Source: Thermoanaerobaculia bacterium (GTDB lineage Bacteria > Acidobacteriota > Thermoanaerobaculia > Gp7-AA8). From it: DNA of 45,378 bases. The DNA lies in assembly GCA_036388835.1 (NCBI GenBank), contig DASVRB010000365.1:1-45378 (forward strand). Direction: 5' to 3'. This document shows positions 1 to 7,672 of the stretch, piece after piece (within the stretch, counting starts at the first letter, position 1; every line of letters begins with the position of its first letter). The translations under genes and the position numbers were made by a program. A model generated the notes under the pieces. The model made no database searches and had not been told where the DNA came from. It was given only the letters and a program-made list of their open reading frames with translations.

Positions 1-1
1 G

Positions 2-382
2 CGGGACGTCGTCTATCAGGCCCTCGGCGTGCTGGCCACCGGCATCTTCGCCATCGACCGCTCCAGTCCTCGGTGGCAGACCGACGTCGAGGCGCCGCTG
101 AGCCGGACCATTGCACGCGCGAAACTGGTGATGCCGCGCAATCTCGTGGCGGCCGCCTTCTACACGTTGAGCGATGACAACGGTCTCGCCGCGAGCCCCG
201 TCTCACGGGGTGCTCTCCGCATCGGCGTCAACGCCGTCGACTGCGAGTGCTCGACCCAGGATTCGTGGTGCCCGGAGCCACTGGTCTGTCAGGGGCGCCG
301 TCCCGGCGCGTTCTGCACGCCGGTGCCGTCGTACAACTGCGGCCCGTTCTTCACGTTCGCCTGCGACGGCATGTGCGTCTGA
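2..382 (+). CDS. Hypothetical protein, 5'-truncated at the window edge, with a Cys-rich C-terminus
   Basis: The frame is open from position 2 (RDVVYQALGVLATG...) to TGA at 380-382. The last ~55 aa hold 9 Cys (CECSTQDSWCPEPLVCQG...CTPVPSYNCGPFFTFACDGMCV). No family recognised. Confidence 0.4.
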   Translation, partial: RDVVYQALGVLATGIFAIDRSSPRWQTDVEAPLSRTIARAKLVMPRNLVAAAFYTLSDDNGLAASPVSRGALRIGVNAVDCECSTQDSWCPEPLVCQGRRPGAFCTPVPSYNCGPFFTFACDGMCV

Positions 383-404
383 AGATTCGCTGAGGTTCTC
401 TCGC

Positions 405-432
405 GGGGGACAGGCGTGATCGCCTGTCCTCC
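405..432. terminator. GC-rich hairpin between convergent genes (putative bidirectional terminator)
   Basis: GGACAGGCG (408-416), TGAT loop, CGCCTGTCC (421-429); extendable with one mismatch. It lies between the stop at 382 and the minus-strand stop at 441. Confidence 0.5.
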
Positions 433-440
433 ACCTCTAT

Positions 441-1034
441 TTATGAGCCGGCGGCGCCGCAGAGCGCGCCGATGACCAGACCGGTCGCGATCTCCGGCCA
501 GGTGTGGCGGGAGAGGTAGTGGCGCGACCAGGCGATCGCGGCCACGAACGGAATCGCGCCGAACGCGGCGGCAGGGTAGCCGCGGACGAGCGCGACCGTG
601 CAGAACGCCGCGAACATCATGTGCATCGAGATCTTGAGGAAGCGATTGCCCGCCAGCCCTGCCGCGAACATCACGGCGCCTGCGGCGATGCCGCGCATCA
701 GCTCCGCGCTCGCGCCGAGGAGATAGAGAAGGATGGCGGTGACGAGAAGGAGAGGAAAGCCGGCGTAGTAGACGCCGGAGCGCTGGTCATGACGCGAGAC
801 GTCGACGTCGCTCCAGGCGCCACGGCGGACGTTGCGGATGATGATCGCGAGCAGCGGCACGGACGTGCTCGCGGCGACGACGGCCGACCAGAAGAGGCTG
901 CGTGTGACAGCCGCGACGGTGATGGGAATCAGGAAGAACGGGTGGCCCACGACGGAGATCGCGCGGGCGAGGGCGGCGAACCGGCCGGGAGGGCCGGCGG
1001 GTGAAGGACAGGCGCGAGGGCCTGTCCTCCACAT
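441..1034 (-). CDS. Integral membrane protein, PAP2-like phosphatase (putative)
   Basis: Several hydrophobic helices. The C-terminal KISMH and SRHYLSRHTWPE fit PAP2 motifs C2 (SxH) and C3 (SRx5Hx3D/E). Start moved to the internal ATG at 1034 (MWRTGP...) because the longer ORF overlaps rpmB. Confidence 0.5.
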   Translation of the reverse strand: MWRTGPRACPSPAGPPGRFAALARAISVVGHPFFLIPITVAAVTRSLFWSAVVAASTSVPLLAIIIRNVRRGAWSDVDVSRHDQRSGVYYAGFPLLLVTAILLYLLGASAELMRGIAAGAVMFAAGLAGNRFLKISMHMMFAAFCTVALVRGYPAAAFGAIPFVAAIAWSRHYLSRHTWPEIATGLVIGALCGAAGS

Positions 1035-1036
1035 CA

Positions 1037-1231
1037 CTAACGTGCCGCTTTCTTGATCGCGCCGGAGCGGATGCAGCGGGTGCAGACCTGCATACGCTTG
1101 ACGGCTGCGCCAACCATCACGCGGACGCTCTGCAGATTCGGCATCCAGCGGCGGCTGGAAACGTTGTGGGCATGGCTGACACGGTTTCCGAAAACCGGCG
1201 CCTTGCCGCAGACTTCGCACATCTTGGCCAT
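1037..1231 (-). CDS. rpmB: 50S ribosomal protein L28
   Basis: [34 protein letters not shown]... is a typical L28 sequence. ATG at 1231 is preceded by GGGGAG. The upstream extension in the ORF track was discarded. Confidence 0.93.
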   Translation of the reverse strand: MAKMCEVCGKAPVFGNRVSHAHNVSSRRWMPNLQSVRVMVGAAVKRMQVCTRCIRSGAIKKAAR

Positions 1232-1408
1232 TCTTGACTCCCCTTGTTCACTTCGCAGCGGCGGGCGGAACCGCACCGCTGCCGATTCGTTCCGGCGATA
1301 AGCGAAAGGCGTGAATTGTAATCAGGCGTCCCGCCTCGCGCAAGCAAAGACGCTTGCGGACGCCGTTTAAGTCCGCGTCACCGCTTCACTTATCCAAATC
1401 CTGCCGAG

Positions 1409-1438
1409 TTGACAGGTGAAATTAAACGTTGTAATTTC
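1409..1438 (+). promoter_or_regulatory. Putative sigma-70 promoter for pilM with an overlapping palindrome
   Basis: TTGACA (1409-1414), 17-nt spacer, TAATTT (1432-1437), in an AT-rich island ~60 nt upstream of pilM. The 7-bp inverted repeat GAAATTA (1418-1424) / TAATTTC (1432-1438) overlaps the -10. Confidence 0.35.
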
Positions 1439-1500
1439 GCTCAACCTTTCTACATCCGGCCGGAGCCTGTGAGAAGTGAGTGAGATGGATGGGGTGAGCG

Positions 1501-2559
1501 GTGTTCTTCTCAAAGAGCAAAAATGTCGTAGGCCTTGATATCGGCTCCTCAGCAATCAAGTTAGTCGAGCTGAAGGAGAAGAAGGGCGGGAACTACTCGC
1601 TCGTGAAGCTCGGAACCGAGCGGCTCTCGCCGGAGGCCATCGTCGATGGATCCATCATGGATTCGTCCATGGTGGTCGATACGATCCAGCGGCTGAACAC
1701 AGACCAGGGCGTGAAGAATTCCAATTACGCCACCTCTCTGTCCGGGCATTCGGTCATCATCAAGAAGATCACGCTCCCTGCGATGTCGCCTGAAGAACTG
1801 GCGGAATCGATCCAGTGGGAAGCCGAGCAGTACATCCCGTTCGACATCAACGACGTCAATCTCGATTACGTACCGCTGACCGCTCCCGGCGCCGGCGACA
1901 ACATCGACGTGATCCTCGTCGCGGTGAAGAAGGAAAAGATCAATGACTATACGTCGGTGATCAGCCAGACGGGGAAGATGCCGGTGCTCGTCGACGTCGA
2001 CGCGTTCGCCCTGCAGAACTGCTACGAGGTGAACTACGAGGTCGACGACGGAAAGGTGCTGGCGCTCGTCAACGTCGGCGCTTCGGTCACGAACGTAAAC
2101 GTGCTCTCCGGGTCGACGTCGATGTTCTGGCGCGACATCACCTTCGGCGGCAATCAGTACACGGATGCGATCCAGCGCGAGCTGAGCCTCTCGTTCGAGC
2201 AGGCGGAAGAGCTCAAGCGCGGCCGTCCGGTGGCCGACTACACGATCCAGCAGGTCATCCCGATCCTCAACTCCGTCTCCGAGGACTTCGCGGGCGAGCT
2301 CCGCAAGACACTCGACTTCTTCACCGCCACCTCGGGCGCCGAGCGCGTCGACGAGATCGTTCTCGCCGGCGGCGGCTCGGGCGTGCTGAACCTCGACGCG
2401 ATCCTCCGCGACAAGTTCGGCATCCCGGTGGCGATCATGGACCCCTTCCGGAAAATCAACGTCGACGAGAGCCAATTCAACCCCGAGGAACTGGCTGAGA
2501 TCGCGCCGAGTATGGCGATCGCGGTAGGACTCGCCATGAGGAAGTTGGGGGACGCTTGA
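1501..2559 (+). CDS. pilM: Type IV pilus assembly ATPase-fold protein PilM
   Basis: N-terminal VGLDIGSSAIKLVELK (actin/FtsA-like fold), 352 aa, first gene of pilMNOPQ order; GTG start with GGGGTGAG upstream. Confidence 0.93.
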   Translation: MFFSKSKNVVGLDIGSSAIKLVELKEKKGGNYSLVKLGTERLSPEAIVDGSIMDSSMVVDTIQRLNTDQGVKNSNYATSLSGHSVIIKKITLPAMSPEELAESIQWEAEQYIPFDINDVNLDYVPLTAPGAGDNIDVILVAVKKEKINDYTSVISQTGKMPVLVDVDAFALQNCYEVNYEVDDGKVLALVNVGASVTNVNVLSGSTSMFWRDITFGGNQYTDAIQRELSLSFEQAEELKRGRPVADYTIQQVIPILNSVSEDFAGELRKTLDFFTATSGAERVDEIVLAGGGSGVLNLDAILRDKFGIPVAIMDPFRKINVDESQFNPEELAEIAPSMAIAVGLAMRKLGDA

Positions 2560-3203
2560 TCAAGATCAATCTGGTGCGGGAAGGGCGGGCGGTCCGGGGA
2601 GCAGGAGCAGCTCCCACGGCGGCCGCGGTGTCGGGCGCTGCAGGCGGCACCAAGATCAACAACATCCTCATCGGGACGTTCCTCGTTCTGGGAATCGTCG
2701 CGGCGCTGGCGTACTGGTTCATCAACAAGCGCGAGCTGACCGAGCGGCAGGAAGTCGCCTCCCAGCGCGAAGCCGAGGCCACCAAGCTCGAGGCCATCAT
2801 CAAAGAAGTCGAGGACTACCAGACGCGCAAGGACAGCCTCCAGCAGCGCATCGATCTGATCAACCAGCTCAAGCAGAACCAGAAGGGGCCGGTCCGGATC
2901 ATGGACCAGATCAGCCGCGACCTGCCGGACCTGGTGTGGCTCGATTCGCTCGAGATCTCGAGCGGCAAAGTGTCGCTGTCGGGCCGCGGTCTCAATCCGA
3001 ACGCGATCGCGCTCTTCATCGAGAACGTCAAGAACGACCCGTACTTTGAAGAGCCGCAGGTCGGCGCCGTGACGCAGGTCTCGGTCACTCCTCTGGTTTA
3101 CGGATTCGACATGAACTTCGCGTTCTCGTATGCGCCGCGCACCGCTGTTCCGGCAGCAGGTGCGGCCGCTCCGACGACCACGACCGCGACGGCCACGCAG
3201 TAG
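2556..3203 (+). CDS. pilN: Type IV pilus assembly protein PilN
   Basis: 4-nt overlap with the pilM stop. One N-terminal TM helix (ILIGTFLVLGIVAALAYWFI), coiled coil, PilN-type C-domain; position in the operon. Confidence 0.85.
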   Translation: MIKINLVREGRAVRGAGAAPTAAAVSGAAGGTKINNILIGTFLVLGIVAALAYWFINKRELTERQEVASQREAEATKLEAIIKEVEDYQTRKDSLQQRIDLINQLKQNQKGPVRIMDQISRDLPDLVWLDSLEISSGKVSLSGRGLNPNAIALFIENVKNDPYFEEPQVGAVTQVSVTPLVYGFDMNFAFSYAPRTAVPAAGAAAPTTTTATATQ

Positions 3204-3215
3204 CAGGAGAAGTCG

Positions 3216-3884
3216 ATGGCGATCACTCTGGACGACAAACCTTGGTGGGTAGGACTGCTGGCGGGCCTCGGCCTCGCCGGCGTAGTCCTCTACGGCACCG
3301 AGACGCTCGCGGTCAAAGACATCAAGAAAGACATCACGCGCACCGACAAGAAGATCTCGGAGCTCGATCAGAAGATCTCGCAGGGACGCGCGGCGGAGCG
3401 GAAGCTCCCGCAGTTCCGTGAGGAAGTGAAGCGCCTCGAGCTCGAGCTCGAGAAGTTGCGCCGCATTCTCCCGTCGACCCGCAACACCGAAGAGATCATC
3501 AAGAAGCTCAAGTCGCTCGTCGATCAGGGCGAGTTCACACTGCGCCGCCTAGCCTTCCCGCCGCTGGGCGCCGGGTCGGAGACGTACGCCGAGTGGCCGA
3601 TCGCCGTTGCGGTCGATGGCCGCTATCACGACCTCGCCATCCTCTTCAATCGCCTCGGCAACTTCTCGCGCATCATCAACGTGGAGAACATCAAGATCTC
3701 CGCGCTCGGCTCGCAGGAAAACAAGACGATCTCCGCCGACTTCGTGGCCAAGACCTTCGTCTACGTCGAGCCGAAGGAAGAGGAAACCGGGGACGGTGAA
3801 AACGGCGATGACGACGGCGACAGCTCGTCGAAAGCGAAGAAGAAGAAAAAAGGGAAGAAAGCCAAACCGGGCGGCGGGGACTAA
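3216..3884 (+). CDS. pilO: Type IV pilus assembly protein PilO
   Basis: TM helix, coiled coil, and PilO-like core (WPIAVAVDGRYHDLAILFNRLGNFSRIINVENIKI); position in the operon. Confidence 0.85.
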   Translation: MAITLDDKPWWVGLLAGLGLAGVVLYGTETLAVKDIKKDITRTDKKISELDQKISQGRAAERKLPQFREEVKRLELELEKLRRILPSTRNTEEIIKKLKSLVDQGEFTLRRLAFPPLGAGSETYAEWPIAVAVDGRYHDLAILFNRLGNFSRIINVENIKISALGSQENKTISADFVAKTFVYVEPKEEETGDGENGDDDGDSSSKAKKKKKGKKAKPGGGD

Positions 3885-3887
3885 GAC

Positions 3888-4412
3888 ATGAAGTATTCAT
3901 TCGCATTCTCGCTGCTTCTCATCACCGCCGCCGTGGCGAGCGTCGTCGCACAGACGCCCGCGAGCGGCACCGCGACCACGACCGATACCGGCGCTACGAC
4001 GGCCACCTCGGACGTGCAGAAATCGCTCGAAGAGATCCTCGAAGAGCCGACCACGACCGATACCTATCGTTACGATCCTCAGGGTCGCCGCGATCCATTC
4101 CGCTCCCTGATCGGCCCCTCGCCGAAGCTCGAGCCGGGACAGCGTCCTGCCGGTCTGGCGGGCTTCCTCATCGATGAGATGAAGCTCGGCGGCATCTTCC
4201 GCACCCGCGAAGGGATGACGGCGATGATCACGGGGCCCGACAACAAGAGCCATCTCCTCCGCGTCGGTCAGAAGGTGCTGGACGGAGAGGTGATCCGCAT
4301 TACCGCCACGGGCGTGGTATTCCGACAGGAAGTGAACGATCCGACTCGCATTGAGCGATTTCGCGAAGTCGTGAAAGACCTGGCGCCGTCTTCGGCCGCC
4401 GCGAACAGGTGA
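3888..4412 (+). CDS. pilP: Type IV pilus assembly protein PilP
   Basis: Signal peptide, Thr-rich linker, and C-terminal beta-domain (LGGIFRTREGMTAMITGPDNKSHLLRVGQKVLDGEVIRIT) typical of PilP; sits between pilO and pilQ. Confidence 0.75.
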   Translation: MKYSFAFSLLLITAAVASVVAQTPASGTATTTDTGATTATSDVQKSLEEILEEPTTTDTYRYDPQGRRDPFRSLIGPSPKLEPGQRPAGLAGFLIDEMKLGGIFRTREGMTAMITGPDNKSHLLRVGQKVLDGEVIRITATGVVFRQEVNDPTRIERFREVVKDLAPSSAAANR

Positions 4413-4458
4413 GGTGGGAGTGAAAGCGGTGCAGGTTCATGGGCGAGTGGAGGGCGAG

Positions 4459-7041
4459 ATGGTGAAGGGTACGAGTATGAGAAGAGCCAAGCGAATTCTG
4501 CTGGTTGCGGGCGTGCTCCTGGTGAACGTGAGCATGGCCGAAGCCGGTTTGTTCGGATCGCGGAAAGCCGATCCGGGCAAGACGGTCGATACGGCTGCTG
4601 CCAGCGCAATTGCACTGAGCGCGGTCGAGATCGACGGCTCTCGTGTCCTGCTCCGCACGAACGGCGCACCGGCATTCACCTCGTACAGCCCGTCGCCCGG
4701 AGTCTTCATCGTCGACCTGACGGACACGAGCCGCAACGCGGGCGTGACCGTTCCGGCGACCCTGCCGCCGGCCGTCTCGTCGATCACGGCGGACGAAGTG
4801 GTGGAGATGGGCAGCCGCCTGACGCGCATCACGTTCCGTCTCGCGCAGACGATGCAGCCGGAAGTCACGACCATCGACAAGGCGGTCGTGATCACGATCC
4901 CGGCGACCGCGATCCCGATCGAAATCGCCTCCGCCCCTTCCGTCGAAACGCTTCCGGCAGCAACTCCGGTCGCGCAGCACGAAGAGCCGGCAGTCATCGA
5001 AGAATCGCCTGCCGCGCCGATTGCGGAACCGGTCGTCGAAGAGATCACGGACGCCGTGCCGGTCGTGCCGCGCGTGGAAGAAGTCCTGCCGCGCGCACGT
5101 GCGGTCCGCGCCATCAACGCTGTGAACAATGACGGCAACGTCGAAGTGCGCATCGCCGGCGACGGACAGTTCAAGTACAAAGCCTTCCGCCTCGAGAATC
5201 CGTCGCGTCTGGTCATCGACCTCGATGGCGTGAAGAACGCGGCGTCGAAGAACAACGTCACCGTCGATGACGACGTCGTGAAGCGTGTCCGCGTCGCACA
5301 GTTCCAGCCGAACGTCGCCCGCGTGGTCGTCGATCTCGCGCACAAAGCGGAGTACGACATCGTGACGGTCGGTGAAGAAGTCCGTGTCGCGTTCGCTCCG
5401 TCCGCGCGCGCGTCCGTCGATCGCCCCGTCAGCGCGCCTGCCGTCTCGGCTCCGGTGAAGACGGCGTACGTCGAGCCGGTCTCGCCGAAACCGCAGCCGG
5501 TCGCACCGCGTGCGACGCCCGCACCCGCACCGGCGGCGCAGATGGAAGTTGTTGCGGAAAGCATCCCGGAAGGCATTCCGACGATCGTTCCCGCGGCACA
5601 GACCCCTGAGATGCAGGCGCGGTCGTGGGCAGTTCCGGAGCCGGCGTCGAAGGGCGCGCGCTCGCGCATCACTCCCGCCGTCGATCAGGCCCCGGCCCAG
5701 CGGCCGGCGACTCAGGAAGATGTGTTCAGCGACGCCGCCGTCCAGCAACAACAGCAAACGCAGCAGGCCGCACCGGCCGCGGCGGTCCAGAACCTTTCCG
5801 GCGGCTCGCGGACGCTCAGCGGCGGTCCGCGCACGTTCAACGGCGAGCCGCTCTCGCTCAATCTCAAGGACGCGGACATCAAAGATGTGCTGCGCACCTT
5901 TGCCGAGCTGACCGGCCTCAACATCGCGATCGATCCCGGCGTCAGCGGCTCGGTCACGGTCGACTTTGTCGATGTCCCGTGGGATCAGGCACTCGACCTG
6001 ATCCTGCGCCAGAACAACCTGACGTTCACGCTCGAAGGCAACGTGATGCGCATCGGCACGATCGAGCGCATCGCCGCCGAGACGGCTGCCTCCCGCCGGC
6101 TCGAAGAAGAGGAGCGGCTCCGCGTTCCGCTCACGACGCTGAGCATCAAGCTCTCGTACGCCCGTGCCCAGGAAGTGCAGGGGCTGCTGCGCGACATCGC
6201 CTCGCCGCGCGCCCGCATCATCGTCGACCAGCGCACGAACCAGATCATCATCAGCGAGATCCCGGAAGTGCTCCGGACGATGCAGAACCTGATCGTCACG
6301 GTCGACATCCCGTCGCGCCAGGTGATGATCGAAGCGCGCATCGTGGAGACGCTGCGGTCGTTCCAGCAGCTCTGGGGCTTCAACTTCAACTTCAATGGCA
6401 GCCTCGATCCGGCGCTTGGCACCGGCACCGGACTGGTCTTCCCGAACCGGGTCGGCTTCAACGGCGGTCCGTTCAACTTCGCGCCGGCGGGCACGCGCGT
6501 CTTCAACCTGTCCCTCTTCGACGTCCTCGGCACGTTCGACCTGAACATCGCCCTCCACGCCACAGAGGTGAACGGCTGGGGCAAGGTCGTCTCGGCGCCG
6601 CGCGTGACCACGCAGGACAACCAGGCCGCCGAAATCCAGAGCGGCTTCCAGATTCCGTATCAGACGCGCGTCAACTTCACGACAACAGTCAGCTACCTCG
6701 ACGCAACGCTTCGCCTGTCCGTGACTCCGCAGATCACGGAAGCCGGTACCGTGATCATGGACATCGCGGTACAGAAGAACGAGCCGGCGATCGGTCTCGC
6801 CATCGAAGGCTCGGCCGGTACGCCGCTCACCACCCGTCAGGCGCGCACGCGGCTGATGGTGCGCGACGGAGGGACGGCGGTCATCGCCGGCATCTTCACG
6901 ACGCGCGACAACCGGAACCAGTCACGTGTTCCGGTGCTGCACCAGATTCCGGTAATCGGTGCGCTGTTCCGCACGCACCGCATCGATACGTCAAACGACG
7001 AACTGCTCATCTTCATCACGCCGCGAATCGTGAGAGGCTGA
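4459..7041 (+). CDS. pilQ: Type IV pilus secretin PilQ with two AMIN domains
   Basis: Signal peptide MRRAKRILLVAGVLLVNVSMAEA. Two AMIN-like modules (VFIVDLTD..., SRLVIDLDGV...), a Pro/Ala/Gln linker, an N0/N1 region, and a secretin C-domain (VSAPRVTTQDNQAAEIQSG...VPVLHQIPVIGALFR). ATG 4459 has GGAGGG upstream; ATG 4477 is an alternative. Confidence 0.93.
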   Translation: MVKGTSMRRAKRILLVAGVLLVNVSMAEAGLFGSRKADPGKTVDTAAASAIALSAVEIDGSRVLLRTNGAPAFTSYSPSPGVFIVDLTDTSRNAGVTVPATLPPAVSSITADEVVEMGSRLTRITFRLAQTMQPEVTTIDKAVVITIPATAIPIEIASAPSVETLPAATPVAQHEEPAVIEESPAAPIAEPVVEEITDAVPVVPRVEEVLPRARAVRAINAVNNDGNVEVRIAGDGQFKYKAFRLENPSRLVIDLDGVKNAASKNNVTVDDDVVKRVRVAQFQPNVARVVVDLAHKAEYDIVTVGEEVRVAFAPSARASVDRPVSAPAVSAPVKTAYVEPVSPKPQPVAPRATPAPAPAAQMEVVAESIPEGIPTIVPAAQTPEMQARSWAVPEPASKGARSRITPAVDQAPAQRPATQEDVFSDAAVQQQQQTQQAAPAAAVQNLSGGSRTLSGGPRTFNGEPLSLNLKDADIKDVLRTFAELTGLNIAIDPGVSGSVTVDFVDVPWDQALDLILRQNNLTFTLEGNVMRIGTIERIAAETAASRRLEEEERLRVPLTTLSIKLSYARAQEVQGLLRDIASPRARIIVDQRTNQIIISEIPEVLRTMQNLIVTVDIPSRQVMIEARIVETLRSFQQLWGFNFNFNGSLDPALGTGTGLVFPNRVGFNGGPFNFAPAGTRVFNLSLFDVLGTFDLNIALHATEVNGWGKVVSAPRVTTQDNQAAEIQSGFQIPYQTRVNFTTTVSYLDATLRLSVTPQITEAGTVIMDIAVQKNEPAIGLAIEGSAGTPLTTRQARTRLMVRDGGTAVIAGIFTTRDNRNQSRVPVLHQIPVIGALFRTHRIDTSNDELLIFITPRIVRG

Positions 7042-7060
7042 GAAACACAATAGGGCGGGG

Positions 7061-7636
7061 ATGATGACCATGAAAAAACTGAAACTGCTAGCGGTCGTTG
7101 CGATGGCGGGACTTTCCGCACTGAGCTGCAGTAACGAGCTTACCGACGGCGGCGCACCGGTCGAACTGGTCGTGACGCACACGCAGGAGCTGAGCGTGCT
7201 CGACGTCGGACCAGGGAACGACTCGACCTGCAACGCGGAGATCGGCACGGTCACGATGCAGGTCATTCCGAAGAGCTCGAAAGCCACCGGAACGGCGTCG
7301 CAGGTGCGGGTGAACCGTTACCGCGTCTCGTATCGCCGCACCGACGGAGGCACGGTCGTTCCGGCGTCGTACGTTCGTCCGATCGACACTCTCATCACCG
7401 TCGGCGGCACGTCCGCCGGCTCCAATTTCCGGCTGTTCGAGCTCGGTTCGTTCGGCCTCGCGCCGTTCGCCGCGCTGCTCCCGCAGAACGGCGGGCGTGA
7501 TGCCGAGACGCTGCGCTCAGCGATCGGGATGGAAGTGGTGCTCGAGGTGTTCGGCGAAACGCTCGGCGGCGACAACGTCTATGACTTCACGGTCATCCCG
7601 CTGGAGTTTTGCTACAACTGTGGAGGGTGCCGGTAG
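7061..7636 (+). CDS. Lipoprotein of unknown function, immediately downstream of pilQ
   Basis: Lipobox LSALSC after MKKLKLLAVVAMAG; C-terminal CYNCGGCR; no family recognised. Confidence 0.6.
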   Translation: MMTMKKLKLLAVVAMAGLSALSCSNELTDGGAPVELVVTHTQELSVLDVGPGNDSTCNAEIGTVTMQVIPKSSKATGTASQVRVNRYRVSYRRTDGGTVVPASYVRPIDTLITVGGTSAGSNFRLFELGSFGLAPFAALLPQNGGRDAETLRSAIGMEVVLEVFGETLGGDNVYDFTVIPLEFCYNCGGCR

Positions 7637-7672
7637 CGGCGCGGCAACGCGTCCACTGGTGCGGGGGCTGAC

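Noticed and set aside
1320-1365. Imperfect hairpin GGCGTCC...GCAAGC-AAAGAC-GCTTGC-GGACGCC in the rpmB upstream region as a ribosomal-protein leader
   Set aside because: I do not recognise it as a known L28 leader motif. The structure is modest and could equally be a terminator remnant. It is left unannotated.
4300-6558. 752-aa minus-strand ORF, with nested ORFs at 4437-5672 and 5625-7064, opposite or out of frame with pilQ
   Set aside because: The translation is Arg/Asp/Gly/Ala-rich low-complexity sequence typical of antisense or shifted frames in high-GC DNA. The plus frame encodes an unmistakable secretin.
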